From: Ginsengibacter sp.
GTDB lineage: Bacteria > Bacteroidota > Bacteroidia > Chitinophagales > Chitinophagaceae
Direction: 5' to 3'
NCBI GenBank assembly: GCA_039915005.1
Contig: JBDSOE010000172.1
Coordinates: 348 to 64,347, forward strand
Length of the DNA: 64,000 nt
Shown: one piece after another, positions 38,993-49,840 of the stretch
How positions within the stretch are numbered: the first letter of the stretch is position 1
Layout of the letters: the number at the start of each line of letters is the position of its first letter
The notes under the pieces: model-generated
Databases searched by the model: none
What the model was told of the DNA's origin: nothing
What the model saw: the letters and a program-made list of their open reading frames with translations, nothing else
Position numbers and translations under genes: made by a program

Positions 38993-39081
38993 AATCCCAT
39001 ACAATAATATTTAAAAAAATCCGTTGACTTATTGTAATCCTTACGGGTACCATTTATTTAAAAAAAACAAATCCCCTGTAT

Positions 39082-39603
39082 ATGAATCCAGTCGCCATTA
39101 TGGTAATCTTGCTGACATTCGGTTTGCTTTTTTGGGGTTCCGTGTCATTTATTACAGTACACGCTAAAAAGAAAAAAGAACATCTTTTAAGAAAACTATG
39201 CCGGGAAGGCGCTGCCCATGATCTTATTTTCTGCAGCCAGGAGATTCTTCAAAATAAAGTAATGGGTTTTGATGGCATACACAGAAAAATAATGATCCTC
39301 GAAAAAAAGAAGAAAGCCTACCAATGTTCCACCATATCGCTGGATGAGGTACATGATTGCCAACTGGTAACCCATTCGGGGTCGCCCCAAAAAGGCTACC
39401 ATGAAAGATCAAATAGTGGCCACCGGGCGGCTACCCTGGAACTCCTGTTTGAATTCAACAACCACTCCCGGCCTGCTTCCATTATCTTCAGCAATGGATT
39501 AATTAATTCCACCAGGGAATTTGTCTTATTAAAAGCCAAAGCAACCTATTGGTGTGTAATGTTTTCCAAAATGTTGAACAGGCAAGTGGAACTGAGGGCG
39601 TAG
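39082..39603 (+). CDS. Hypothetical protein with N-terminal membrane anchor
   Basis: Hydrophobic N-terminus followed by a beta-rich domain; no family recognised. Confidence 0.65.
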   Translation: MNPVAIMVILLTFGLLFWGSVSFITVHAKKKKEHLLRKLCREGAAHDLIFCSQEILQNKVMGFDGIHRKIMILEKKKKAYQCSTISLDEVHDCQLVTHSGSPQKGYHERSNSGHRAATLELLFEFNNHSRPASIIFSNGLINSTREFVLLKAKATYWCVMFSKMLNRQVELRA

Positions 39604-40068
39604 TGATCGCTGTAAGCATTTTATGCATCTTTCCCCTCACATTCTACCATCGGGTTTTTTTGAACCATATTCGCGTGGCTATTGCGCCCAGGAGGCGTGG
39701 AAAAATAACGGCTACAATAACCAATGTTCCCAACATGGGTATTTAAAATATTCAGAGTACAAAATGCTTTATGCTATCCTTATAAAATATTGAAAATTTT
39801 CTATAATTTTAATACGTCCATCTTCTTAAAAACCCAGGCTTCCCCGAATGTTTTCCTCTCAAGAAAAAACAGGAAGTGCTCACAACAATTGGAAGAGAAA
39901 TAGGTCTGACCTCGTTCATTAAAAGCGTCTTCAATCAATTAATATAGTTATGAAATCAAAATCTTTTAGGGAGATAGCCGGTCTTTAAATTTTTTGAAAT
40001 GAAAAATTTAAAGCCATCCCATAACTTAAAAAAAAGAGCGGGAGATATCATATTGCTCCAAAAAGAAG

Positions 40069-40347
40069 ATGCTTGAATGGGAATGGAATATAAAATCCCT
40101 TCACTCCACCCGGAAAAGCATTATCAGTTTTAAATTCTACTATTTAGACCCCAATGACTCTGTTCTCAATTATTTATTGGAAAAAACGATCCCTATTTCT
40201 GTAAGGGTGGACGCCAGAAGTTTTATAGATAAATGGGAAGATTTTTTATTGGATAATCCCAAAACCACTACCACTGCCATCGTGATTCCTTTATTTACAT
40301 TTTTAGGAGGCTTTATCACCGGCAAAAAAAAGAAAAAAGATCCATAG
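40069..40347 (+). CDS. Small hypothetical protein, possibly degenerate
   Basis: 92-aa ORF with C-terminal hydrophobic stretch and basic tail; start uncertain. Confidence 0.3.
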   Translation: MLEWEWNIKSLHSTRKSIISFKFYYLDPNDSVLNYLLEKTIPISVRVDARSFIDKWEDFLLDNPKTTTTAIVIPLFTFLGGFITGKKKKKDP

Positions 40348-40511
40348 CCTCTTTCGGTAGTAATTTATTTCTTTAACCCACTAAATTATTTACCATTCAC
40401 TTTTCATTTTTGCCCACAATTTATAATTATAAAAGATGTTAATTGTGATGCACCTCTCTGCTTTTCCACTTCATAGAAAACCAGAAACACCAAAATGTCG
40501 TAATTTTAAGC

Positions 40512-40982
40512 ATGAAACCAATTAAAATTATCCATGTGTTACTAATGGCTTTGGTAGTGAGCCTTACAGCATGTGCCCAAAAACAGCAAAATTCAAAAAC
40601 AATAAAAGATATGAATCATCCAGAATGGAATGTATTGACACCCGAAGAAGCAAGAGTAATCGTAAATAAAGGAACCGAATTTCCGGGCACAGGAGCCCTT
40701 CTTCATAACAAGGCAAAAGGTACTTATGTGTGCAGGCGGTGTGATGCCCCCTTGTACAATTCTTCAGATAAATTTGAATCAACCTGCGGCTGGCCCAGCT
40801 TTGACGACGAAATAAAGGGAGCCGTAAAGCGGGTTCCTGATGCTGATGGTATGCGTACAGAAATTGTTTGTGCCAATTGTGGCGCACATTTAGGACATGT
40901 TTTTCTGGGAGAACAGGAAACTGCCAAGAACGTCCGCCACTGTGTAAATTCCATTTCTCTGAAATTTATTCCTGCTAAGTAG
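40512..40982 (+). CDS. msrB: Peptide-methionine (R)-S-oxide reductase with lipoprotein-type signal
   Basis: [38 protein letters not shown]; N-terminal LVVSLTAC. Confidence 0.95.
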   Translation: MKPIKIIHVLLMALVVSLTACAQKQQNSKTIKDMNHPEWNVLTPEEARVIVNKGTEFPGTGALLHNKAKGTYVCRRCDAPLYNSSDKFESTCGWPSFDDEIKGAVKRVPDADGMRTEIVCANCGAHLGHVFLGEQETAKNVRHCVNSISLKFIPAK

Positions 40983-41005
40983 AGACGTGATGCATCGTGT
41001 CTCTA

Positions 41006-41845
41006 CTATTCAAAAACTATGGTCTTATTGCTACTAATAAAAACCTGGTCGTGGCAAACCAATTCAATGGCTTTATTCAGAACTGTTTTCTCCACTTCCT
41101 GCCCGGCTTTCACTATTTCATCAATGGTGTAAGTGTGGTCTATGGTAATTGTTCTTTGGGTAATTATGGGGCCATCGTCAAGGCTTTCCGTAACAAAATG
41201 CGCGGTAGCCCCGATTAACTTTACTCCGCGGACGAAAGCCTGGCGATAAGGCCGGGCGCCTGCAAAAGCGGGGAGGAAGGAATGATGAATATTAATGATC
41301 AGGTTAGGGTATTGAGCCACGAAATGGGGAGAAAGTATTTGCATAAACTTGGCAAGCACCAGGTAATCGGGCTTATAACTGTTTAGAATTTCCTGTACTT
41401 CATTTTCAAAATTTTCTTTCGGCTTGTCTTTGTTAGATATATGATAAAAGGGTACTGTAAACCCTTCAGTAAAGGGTTTTAGATCTTCATGGTTACCAAT
41501 GACGCAACAAATTTGGGTGTCTTTTGTTTGGAAGAAGTTACGGACAAGTATATCACCGAGGCAGTGGTATTCTTTAGTAACAAGTACCGCCAGCTTTTTG
41601 GGGCTTGCCGGATTTACCGTTACCATTGCGTGCTCCGGCAGTTGATTTGCCAGTTCGTCTCTGAGTAATTCGCTGTCAGTACCCGTGCCGGTGCATTCAA
41701 ATCGTGCGAAAAAAAGGAATTCACCCACATCCACGAATTCCTGCATGGCGTCAATATTCAAATTATGTGCTACTATGATCCGGGCAATTTGTGATACCAG
41801 TCCCATTTTATCCCGGCACTGTATCAGGATGAGCGTTGATGCCAT
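41006..41845 (-). CDS. purU: Formyltetrahydrofolate deformylase
   Basis: ACT domain CRDKMGLV, VLVTKEYHCLGD, INIHHSFLPAFAGARPY, GATAHFVTESLDDGPII. Confidence 0.96.
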   Translation of the reverse strand: MASTLILIQCRDKMGLVSQIARIIVAHNLNIDAMQEFVDVGEFLFFARFECTGTGTDSELLRDELANQLPEHAMVTVNPASPKKLAVLVTKEYHCLGDILVRNFFQTKDTQICCVIGNHEDLKPFTEGFTVPFYHISNKDKPKENFENEVQEILNSYKPDYLVLAKFMQILSPHFVAQYPNLIINIHHSFLPAFAGARPYRQAFVRGVKLIGATAHFVTESLDDGPIITQRTITIDHTYTIDEIVKAGQEVEKTVLNKAIELVCHDQVFISSNKTIVFE

Positions 41846-42250
41846 AAAACTAATTGTTGGTAAATAATTTGAAAGTAAAGAGTCAAAATTAATGGTTTAT
41901 TATCAAGGTCAGAGCATTGGTTGGTACTGGCCATTGGTGAGGCAACGTATGTTTTGGAGGCAAGGACAAAAACATCCTGTTTACTACGGCTTCCAAACCA
42001 ATTTATACTTTGCGCATTAAGGTGAAAGGCGGCAGTGAAATGGTTGCCTGTAGTGATTTCTCGTTCAAATATCTAGATTAGAAATAAACCATTGGCTATA
42101 TGCAGTCATCTCTTGATATACGCCGGTAACTGTTGTGAATACAGATGGGAATGTCTATAACAATTAATCATTATTCGCCATTAGTATTGTTAGTATTTTG
42201 CAAACTTTACAGCTTCAGAAAATTATTTGTTTTGACTTGACGAATTATTC

Positions 42251-42258
42251 TATTTTTG
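42251..42258 (+). promoter_or_regulatory. -7 element (TATTTTTG) for tRNA-Ile2, with TTTG -33 candidate at 42226
   Basis: Bacteroidota consensus with plausible 21-nt spacing. Confidence 0.55.
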
Positions 42259-42287
42259 CAGACCTTAAAATTACCGCTTTGGTAATT

Positions 42288-42361
42288 GGGCCTATAGCTC
42301 AGTTGGTTAGAGCACCTGACTCATAATCAGGTGGTCCCAGGTTCAAGTCCTGGTGGGCCCA
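42288..42361 (+). tRNA. tRNA-Ile2 (CAT, lysidine-type); Met less likely
   Basis: GGGCCTATAGCTCAGTTGGTTAGAGC, anticodon arm CCTGA-CTCATAA-TCAGG, GTTCAAGTCC, acceptor GGGCCTA/TGGGCCC, A73. Confidence 0.92.
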
Positions 42362-42371
42362 CTTGAAAATC

Positions 42372-42405
42372 AAAGAGTTACAATTAAACCTGTAGCTCTT
42401 TTTTT
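42372..42405 (+). terminator. Hairpin / terminator after tRNA-Ile2
   Basis: AAGAGTTACA-N8-TGTAGCTCTT followed by a T-run. Confidence 0.65.
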
Positions 42406-42592
42406 ATTATACGACCACGACTGTAACTTGCTAAGCCGCACCTTAATTAATAAGTTCATTAAGCAGGAAGAAAAATAAAAGGGGGAAATGTATTTCAAAA
42501 AACCTGTGTTTTTGTACTAAGATTCTATGTTTACAGAATAGAAATTGAAGACCAAAAAATAATTTGTTTATCTTTAAATAAAACTTTTTCTT

Positions 42593-43180
42593 TTGCCGGA
42601 ATGCTCACAATATGATGAAAAAGCTATGCTTGTAGAGATTGCTGCTGGAAATGAGTACGCGTTTAGACAATTATTTGACTTGTATAAAGAGCGCTTTTAC
42701 TCTGTGGCGCTGAAGATGACGCGATCTGATGAAGTGGCTGAGGATATTGTGCAAGATGTGTTCATGAACATCTGGAGCAAGCGCGAAAGTTTGGTGAATA
42801 TTGATAACCCTTCTTCTTATTTTTTTACTGCAGTGTACAGACGGGTATATAATCATTACCGAAAGATAGCCCTTGAAAAAAAATTATTGCAGGCTGCGCC
42901 GCCTCCTATGGAATCTGTGAATATAACAGAGGAAATGGTACTGGCTCATGAAAGTAAAAATCTGATAGCTGAGGCAGTAGAGAAACTACCATCCCAGCAA
43001 CAATTAGTATTCAAACTAAGCAAACAGGAAGGGCTTAGTAGAGAAGATATCGCACGCCAATTAAAGATATCGCCCAATACAGTTAGAAATCATTTGGCCG
43101 ATGCCATTAAATTTATTCGCGGTTGTTTGCGCAATTCCACTCTTATTTTTATGATTATTTTCTGGTTTTTTAAAAAATAA
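42593..43180 (+). CDS. ECF RNA polymerase sigma-70 factor (Bacteroides expansion type)
   Basis: AFRQLFD..AEDIVQDVFMNIW..LPSQQQLVFKLS..IARQLKISPNTVRNHL; TTG start. Confidence 0.93.
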   Translation: MPECSQYDEKAMLVEIAAGNEYAFRQLFDLYKERFYSVALKMTRSDEVAEDIVQDVFMNIWSKRESLVNIDNPSSYFFTAVYRRVYNHYRKIALEKKLLQAAPPPMESVNITEEMVLAHESKNLIAEAVEKLPSQQQLVFKLSKQEGLSREDIARQLKISPNTVRNHLADAIKFIRGCLRNSTLIFMIIFWFFKK

Positions 43181-43251
43181 TTTTGCACCGGGTAGTACAA
43201 ATGCTTCAGTCGTGTATCTGTCTGATATAAACGATTGAAAATTGAAAAGGC

Positions 43252-44436
43252 ATGTCATTAACTAAAGAGAGGATTCATTATTTACTAAAAGCTTATATTT
43301 CTAAACAGGCGAATTTCGCCGAAGAGACTGAACTCATGAACTGGGTCCTTGAAGTAGGAGAAGACTCTGAACTAAAAAGTTATGTACTTGATATATGGAA
43401 TGAGTATAAACCTGCTGAAGATCTTTGTTATGTAAAATGGAATGAAATATATTCCCGCATTGTGCAGGCTCCGGTTGTTTCCATGGAACCGAAAGTGAGA
43501 AAAATGAAATGGGCAAGACTAACTGCAGCAGGGGTGATCCTGGTTGCGTTGACAGCAGGAACCTATCTCTTCCTTACTTCCCGCACACAGAAAACAATTG
43601 CGACCGTACAACCAAAACAAACCGACATAGCCCCGCCCTCATATAATAAAGCAGTACTGACACTCGCCGATGGAACAAAAATCGAGATAGACAGCACCGG
43701 AAAAGGAACTCTTGCAGTGCAAGGGAATGTCCATATTATCAAAAAAGCCACTGGAGAGATCAATTACCTGGGAGTTGCTGCAGGAGAGGTTATTTATAAC
43801 ACACTTAGTGTGCCTAGGGGTAGCAAACCCCTGAGACTTGTGCTATCTGATGGGAGTAAAGTGTGGATTAATGTAGGGTCAAGTCTGACTTATCAAGCTG
43901 CATTTACAGAGAATGAACGAAAAGTAAAAATTACTGGTGAGGCCTATTTTGAAGTAGTGCATAATGAGAAAATGCCTTTTATAGTGCAGAATGGTGATTT
44001 AATGATAAGAGATTTAGGAACACATTTTAATGTAAATACTTACGAAGATGAACCTACTGAAAAAGTTACGCTGCTGGAAGGTTCAGTTCGCGTAACAAGG
44101 AATTCGCTTTCTCAATTATTAAAGCCTGGACAACAACTGAGAAGTAACAAAAGGAACATGCAGGTATCGAACGATGTGGACATGCAAGAGGTGATGGCCT
44201 GGAAGTATGGTAAATTTATGTTTGATAAGGATACAGATATAGGCACTATTATGCGTCAGATTTCGCGCTTGTACAATGTGGAAATAGAATACCAGGGAAA
44301 CATTGATCAGCGTTTCTGGGGAACCATCTCGAAGGATGTGAATGTATCACAGGTGCTGAAAATACTGGAGGCCACGGGTGGTGTAAAATTTAAAATAGAG
44401 GGGAATAAGATATTTGTGATGCCCCCTCATCGCTAA
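43252..44436 (+). CDS. FecR-family anti-sigma factor
   Basis: TM segment, LSDGSKVWIN..GEAYFEV, LGTHFNV, TLLEGSV, AWKYG; C-terminal DUF4974-like domain. Confidence 0.93.
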   Translation: MSLTKERIHYLLKAYISKQANFAEETELMNWVLEVGEDSELKSYVLDIWNEYKPAEDLCYVKWNEIYSRIVQAPVVSMEPKVRKMKWARLTAAGVILVALTAGTYLFLTSRTQKTIATVQPKQTDIAPPSYNKAVLTLADGTKIEIDSTGKGTLAVQGNVHIIKKATGEINYLGVAAGEVIYNTLSVPRGSKPLRLVLSDGSKVWINVGSSLTYQAAFTENERKVKITGEAYFEVVHNEKMPFIVQNGDLMIRDLGTHFNVNTYEDEPTEKVTLLEGSVRVTRNSLSQLLKPGQQLRSNKRNMQVSNDVDMQEVMAWKYGKFMFDKDTDIGTIMRQISRLYNVEIEYQGNIDQRFWGTISKDVNVSQVLKILEATGGVKFKIEGNKIFVMPPHR

Positions 44437-44458
44437 TTTTTTTAAAGTTAACGGAACA

Positions 44459-44491
44459 AAAAAACCGGGAAGTGTTTGCCCACGACCCGGC
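44459..44491 (+). promoter_or_regulatory. Hairpin between anti-sigma and susC (attenuator / processing-type element)
   Basis: AAAAAACCGGG-AAGTG-TTTGCC-CAC-GA-CCCGG; resembles motifs I recall upstream of susC in ECF-controlled PULs. Confidence 0.5.
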
Positions 44492-44564
44492 GATAAGTTC
44501 AGATTAACCTTATATAGTAAATCGCTAAAGACAACTATTTCATTAACCTAAACCAAACAAAGTT

Positions 44565-47500
44565 ATGAATTTTAAAGTTCATTATTACTGTTGGCCTTCT
44601 TTGCCGAGAGTATCTAAACAAACGCTGAAGATTATGAAGCTTATGGCAATCATATTATTTGCAGCATGTCTCCAGGTGAGTGCGCGGGGATATTCACAGA
44701 TTACACTTTCTGAGACCAACACGCCATTACAAAAAGTATTTCAGAAAATACAAGCGCAAAGCGGTTATGATTTCGTATCTAAATACGAAACGCTGAAGGA
44801 AGCGGGAAACGTTACTGTAAATGTGCAAAATGTATCACTGCAAAGAGCTCTGGAACAATGTTTGAAGGATAAACCGCTTTCTTACGAAATTATTGGTAAG
44901 ACAGTGGTGATTCAATTGAAAGAAAAAGATTACTACAAGGTTAGAAATAATACAATTTCTTTAGAGCCTTCACTACCGCCCCCAATTGAAATTCATGGAA
45001 GAGTTGTAAACCAAAAAGATGAGCCTTTGCAGAATGTTTCCGTAGTGGTATCCGGTACGAAAACAGGAACCACAACGGATAAAAATGGGCGCTTTACTCT
45101 ATCTGTCCAAAACAATAAAAATATTGAGTTGGAAATCTCCAGCGTAGGATATCAAACGAAGAAGGTTAAATTGGAAGGTCAAACGGAAATCAATGTTACT
45201 TTAAAATCGGAAGCTACAGGGTTAAGTGATGTGGTGATAATTGCTTACGGTACAGAAAAGCGTTCTGATTTAACTGGATCTATTGCTACAATTAAAACTT
45301 CTGAACTAAAGCAAACCTCCATTATGTCTGTGGATCAGGGTTTGGTTGGACGCGCTTCAGGTGTTCAGGTAACTCAAACTTCCGGAATGCCGGGTGCTAT
45401 AGCATCTATACGTATTCGTGGAACCAGTTCCTTACAGGGAGGAAATGAGCCATTATATGTGATTGATGGAGTACCCGTTTATAACGGAGACGGTTATGGA
45501 AACACAGGAGGTAAAACACAAATGAGCCCCCTTTCGACAATAAATCCAAACGATATTGCTAGTATAGATGTTCTTAAAGATGCATCAGCCACAGCCCTTT
45601 ATGGCTCTCGCGCTGCAAATGGAGTTATTCTTATCACTACTAAAATGGGAAAAAATGGGCATGATGTTATTTCCTTTGACGCTTACTATGGTACTCAATC
45701 TGTAGCTAAAAAAATCAATCTAATGGATGGTACAAACTATGCTAATTTGGTAAATGAGGCCTATACAAATGACGGGCTTGCTCCTGTTTATAGTGCAGAT
45801 TCTATTGCAAAAATTCCAAATAATGGAAAAGGAACAGACTGGCAGAATGAAATTTTTCGAGCTGCTCCTGTTAAAAATCATAATCTTTCGTTTTCAGGAG
45901 GAGATGAAAAAACTACTTATGACGCATCGTTGAATTATATGGATCATAAAGGAATTATAATTGGCTCCGACATGAAACGCTATTCAGGCCGTTTAAATCT
46001 CAATAGGAAAATAGGGGAAAGATTACGTTTATCTTCCCATTTATCTATAAGCCGGATTTTAGCAAATGCAATTTCGACTGATGTAGGGAATATGGGAGGG
46101 GCTATAACGGGAGCGCTTGGTTTTAATCCTGTAAGTAGCGTTTATGCAGATAAGAAAACTAATACTTATAATCTTGTTAATCATCCTGGGCTTTTTGTCG
46201 CTAATCCTGTAGCTACCGCATTAGAATTGAAAAACTCAAATAATACTACTAGAATATTGGGTGATATTTCCGGTGAATATGAGATAATAAAAGGGCTAAA
46301 AGCTAAAGTTTTATTCGCATTGGATTATTTTATGAATAAAGATGGATCGTACATACCGTCAAATATTTATCAAAGTAATGGAGTGGCAAAAGGATCGGTT
46401 TCAGATCAAATGTATACAAATTGGCTGAACGAAAATACTATTACATATTCAAAGAAAATTAATCAGAATAACAAAATTAACCTTTTGGGGGGAGTTACTT
46501 TTCAAAGACAACAAAACGAAGGTGTTACTGCTGCCTCAGAAGGTTTTGTAAACAATATATTGCAGAATTATAACTTAGGTAGTGGATCCGTTTTCGACCA
46601 GCCAGGTTCGAGTAAAACTCAATGGAGCATCATGTCTTTCCTTGGACGCGCCAATTATATTTTTAAGGATAAATATTTATTTACAGTCAGTGGCCGGTAT
46701 GACGGGTCTTCAAGATTTGGAGAGAATAATAAATTCGCATTCTTCCCTTCAGTAGCCGCAGCCTGGAAAGCCAGTGAAGAGGAGTTTATTAAGAGGCTTA
46801 ACTTATTTTCAAATTTAAAAATCAGGGTAGGGCATGGGGTAACAGGTAACCAGGAATTTGGAGTATATCAGTCACTTCCTACTTTGGGTTCACTTAATTA
46901 TACCTTAGGTTCAAATTTAGTTACCGGTTTTATGCCAAACAAAATTCCTAATCCCAATTTACAGTGGGAACGTAGTAGCGAATATGATGTTGGACTTGAT
47001 GTGAGTGTTTTAAATAATAATATCGCACTAACTATGGATTATTATTATAGAAAGACTACTAACCTTATATACAATGTATCCATTCCTCTGATTTCCGGTT
47101 TTGGTACCTCTTTGCAAAACATGGGAAGTATGCAAAACAAGGGTTTCGAATTGAATTTAGAGACTAACAATATCAACAAAGAGTTTAAATGGAGTACCGC
47201 CATTAATATGTCTTTCAATAAAAACAAGATTCTCCAACTTGGTGGTGAACAATACAAAGATATTGGTAACGGTGACGGTAGTTTAAAAACGGGACCGGTT
47301 CATCGCCTTATTGTGGACAAACCAGTTGGCCTTTTCTATGGGTATGTTTTTGATGGAATTTTTCAAAATCAGGGTGAAGTAGATAACGGGCCATCAGGTC
47401 CTACAAGTTTTGTTGGAGGTAAAAGATATAAAGATATCAGTGGCCCGAATGGGACACCTGATGGGAAGGTTGATGCAACATATGATCGTGTTGTTATTGG

Positions 47501-47996
47501 TAATCCCAATCCAAAGTTTTATGGAGGAATATCAAATGTGTTTGGTTATAAGGGATTTGAACTTAATATTTTTATGAATTACTCGTACGGAAACGATATT
47601 TTAAATTATAATGCCATACTACTTGGACTGCCATCAGGTGGACAAAATGTTTATGCTGACTTAGTCCCGTGGAGTCCTGATCACCCGGGAAATAAATATG
47701 GAAAAGCGACAACAAATGTGTCAGCCGTATTTAACAGTCAGTTTATCGAAAACGGGTCTTATATCAAATTTAAAACAATTACCCTTTCCTATCTTTTCCC
47801 AAAGTTGAGAAGCAAAATCCTGACAGGATTGAAAGTGTATATTACCGGACAGAACCTTTTATCATTTACCAATTACAACGGTTATGATCCTGAGGTAAGT
47901 TACAGGGGAGCATCTAATCTTGAAATGGGTGAGGATTTAGGAGGATATCCACAAGCAAGAAGTTTTTTGTTTGGAGTGAGTTTCAATTTAAAGTAA
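44565..47996 (+). CDS. SusC/RagA TonB-dependent receptor with N-terminal STN signalling domain
   Basis: STN, carboxypeptidase-like, plug (EPLYVIDG..NPNDIASIDVLKDASATALYGSRAANGVILITTK), C-terminal GVSFNL. Confidence 0.96.
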   Translation: MNFKVHYYCWPSLPRVSKQTLKIMKLMAIILFAACLQVSARGYSQITLSETNTPLQKVFQKIQAQSGYDFVSKYETLKEAGNVTVNVQNVSLQRALEQCLKDKPLSYEIIGKTVVIQLKEKDYYKVRNNTISLEPSLPPPIEIHGRVVNQKDEPLQNVSVVVSGTKTGTTTDKNGRFTLSVQNNKNIELEISSVGYQTKKVKLEGQTEINVTLKSEATGLSDVVIIAYGTEKRSDLTGSIATIKTSELKQTSIMSVDQGLVGRASGVQVTQTSGMPGAIASIRIRGTSSLQGGNEPLYVIDGVPVYNGDGYGNTGGKTQMSPLSTINPNDIASIDVLKDASATALYGSRAANGVILITTKMGKNGHDVISFDAYYGTQSVAKKINLMDGTNYANLVNEAYTNDGLAPVYSADSIAKIPNNGKGTDWQNEIFRAAPVKNHNLSFSGGDEKTTYDASLNYMDHKGIIIGSDMKRYSGRLNLNRKIGERLRLSSHLSISRILANAISTDVGNMGGAITGALGFNPVSSVYADKKTNTYNLVNHPGLFVANPVATALELKNSNNTTRILGDISGEYEIIKGLKAKVLFALDYFMNKDGSYIPSNIYQSNGVAKGSVSDQMYTNWLNENTITYSKKINQNNKINLLGGVTFQRQQNEGVTAASEGFVNNILQNYNLGSGSVFDQPGSSKTQWSIMSFLGRANYIFKDKYLFTVSGRYDGSSRFGENNKFAFFPSVAAAWKASEEEFIKRLNLFSNLKIRVGHGVTGNQEFGVYQSLPTLGSLNYTLGSNLVTGFMPNKIPNPNLQWERSSEYDVGLDVSVLNNNIALTMDYYYRKTTNLIYNVSIPLISGFGTSLQNMGSMQNKGFELNLETNNINKEFKWSTAINMSFNKNKILQLGGEQYKDIGNGDGSLKTGPVHRLIVDKPVGLFYGYVFDGIFQNQGEVDNGPSGPTSFVGGKRYKDISGPNGTPDGKVDATYDRVVIGNPNPKFYGGISNVFGYKGFELNIFMNYSYGNDILNYNAILLGLPSGGQNVYADLVPWSPDHPGNKYGKATTNVSAVFNSQFIENGSYIKFKTITLSYLFPKLRSKILTGLKVYITGQNLLSFTNYNGYDPEVSYRGASNLEMGEDLGGYPQARSFLFGVSFNLK

Positions 47997-48026
47997 CTAA
48001 TCAAATAAAATCATTAAAAAGATATC

Positions 48027-49520
48027 ATGAAAAAATTATTATATCTGCTTATAACTATTTGTTTAGTTACAAGCTGCAACAAATCTAATTTCTTAAAAGA
48101 GTCACCCTCCGGCACATTTGTAGAAAGTAATTTTTACGGTCAAGGTGGAGCATCGGAAGCTCAGGCGGCAGTTGATGCCATTTATAATGGATTGTATAGT
48201 ATTTATGATAGGTCTATGCTTCTGCTTAATGACTTGCCTACTGATGATGAAAAAAATGGAATTGGAATGGGCAATCAGTTCCTTCAAGACTTGGAATATT
48301 TAAAATACTCGTCCCAAAATTCAATTATACAAGGCATGTGGGCCGATAATTATTCTGCGATTGGCAGAGCAAACAATGCTATTAAGAATATTGGAGTAAT
48401 GTCGATAGATACTGCTCTCAAATCCAGATTAATTGGTGAGGCTTCATTCCTTCGGGCTTTATTCTATTTTAATTTGGTTAGGTATTATGGTGATGTACCA
48501 TTGATATTAAGTCTCAAAACAGTGCAGGATGCCTATATTCCCAGGGTGCCTAAAGAGCAGGTTTATGCACAAATTATAAAGGATCTTCAATTTGCTGAAG
48601 ATAATTTGCCAATAAGTTACAACAATAAAAATATTGGACGAGCTACTTCAGGGGCTGCTATTATTCTTTTAGGTAAAGTTTACCTGACTAGACACGATTT
48701 TCAAAAAAGTGCTGATGAATTAGCTAAGGTTGTAGAAAATGAAGGTAAATATGGTTATAGTCTGTTCAATGATTTTGGGGATAACTGGAAGTTAGCTACT
48801 GAAAATGGCAAAGAGATGGTTTTTTCTGTTCAATATAGCTCACCGCCAGGACATACTAATATTAAGATGAGAGCTGCAGCTGCAAGATATTCTGTTTCTG
48901 GTGGAAACGTACCTGGAATTATAGGTGCTTTCGAATCGGATATTCCAACTATGGATTTATATTCTAATTACATTGACCAAGATACACGGAAGAATGTAAC
49001 ATTTAAGTTAGAATATCTCAGCCCCAAAAATGGCAAAATTTACAAATCTTCTATACCGCTTTTTGGCAAATTTTGGCAGGAGGGATTAGCCAGTACACCT
49101 GATTGTAGTATAAACACACCCGTGTTCCGCTATGCAGATGCTTTGCTAATGTATGCAGAGGCTTTAAATGAAATTGATAAAACAAGTAAAGCAACAGATA
49201 TTTTAAATCGTATTAGAGAAAGAGCTTTTCACGATACACAACATAATTACTTCGGATTGACACAATCGGAATTTAGAGATAAAGTTTATTTTGAAAGAAG
49301 GCTTGAGTTTGCATTTGAGGGTATGCGTTGGTTTGACCTAGTAAGAACTAATCGTTTACTTGATATAATGAAAGCGCATGGTACATTGGAAGCGCAAATG
49401 GCAGGAACAAGTATTAAAAGCTCTATTACTACTAATGCAAAAGAATATCAATCACTTTATCCAATTCCTCAGGTGGAAATTGACCTAAATAAATTACTTA
49501 CACAGAACCCGGGTTATTAA
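48027..49520 (+). CDS. SusD/RagB nutrient-binding lipoprotein
   Basis: Lipobox LVTSC, GEASFLRALFYFNLVRYYGDVP, FRYADALLMYAEA, ERRLEFAFEGMRWFDLVR, YPIP..QNPGY. Confidence 0.96.
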   Translation: MKKLLYLLITICLVTSCNKSNFLKESPSGTFVESNFYGQGGASEAQAAVDAIYNGLYSIYDRSMLLLNDLPTDDEKNGIGMGNQFLQDLEYLKYSSQNSIIQGMWADNYSAIGRANNAIKNIGVMSIDTALKSRLIGEASFLRALFYFNLVRYYGDVPLILSLKTVQDAYIPRVPKEQVYAQIIKDLQFAEDNLPISYNNKNIGRATSGAAIILLGKVYLTRHDFQKSADELAKVVENEGKYGYSLFNDFGDNWKLATENGKEMVFSVQYSSPPGHTNIKMRAAAARYSVSGGNVPGIIGAFESDIPTMDLYSNYIDQDTRKNVTFKLEYLSPKNGKIYKSSIPLFGKFWQEGLASTPDCSINTPVFRYADALLMYAEALNEIDKTSKATDILNRIRERAFHDTQHNYFGLTQSEFRDKVYFERRLEFAFEGMRWFDLVRTNRLLDIMKAHGTLEAQMAGTSIKSSITTNAKEYQSLYPIPQVEIDLNKLLTQNPGY

Positions 49521-49540
49521 GATTATGCCATAGGATTTAA

Positions 49541-49786
49541 ACTGGTGACGGAACTATAAAAATACAATGAAGTGTATCGAATACCGGCAAAACAAAATGG
49601 GCTGAGGTTGTTCAGCTATATATTCATGATAGCAAGGCAAGTGTTTGCCGACCTGTAAATAAATTGAAGTGGTTTAAAAAGATATTTTTAAACCCGGACG
49701 AAAATAGAGTGATAGATTTTACCATTAACCGTAGAGGTGTATCCTTTTTGGATATAAAGCCACCAGTGGAAGCCGGGGAATTTTAA
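49541..49786 (+). pseudogene. Remnant of a GH3 beta-glycosidase C-terminal Fn3-like domain
   Basis: Translates as TGDGTIKIQ*SVSNTGKTKWAEVVQLYIHDSKASVCRPVNKLKWFKKIFLNPDENRVIDFTI..SFLD..VEAGEF*. Confidence 0.82.
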
Positions 49787-49840
49787 TCTCTTCCCGGGGT
49801 AGAGACCCGCAAAAATTAAATTGAGTATTAAATAAAACTA

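Noticed and set aside
38648-39053. Short ORFs 38648-38884, 38655-38843 and 38790-39053
   Set aside because: They overlap the direct repeats, have no family motifs and are mutually incompatible.
41846-42250. Riboswitch (ZTP/THF) or pseudogene upstream of purU
   Set aside because: No recognisable aptamer motif or convincing reading frame.
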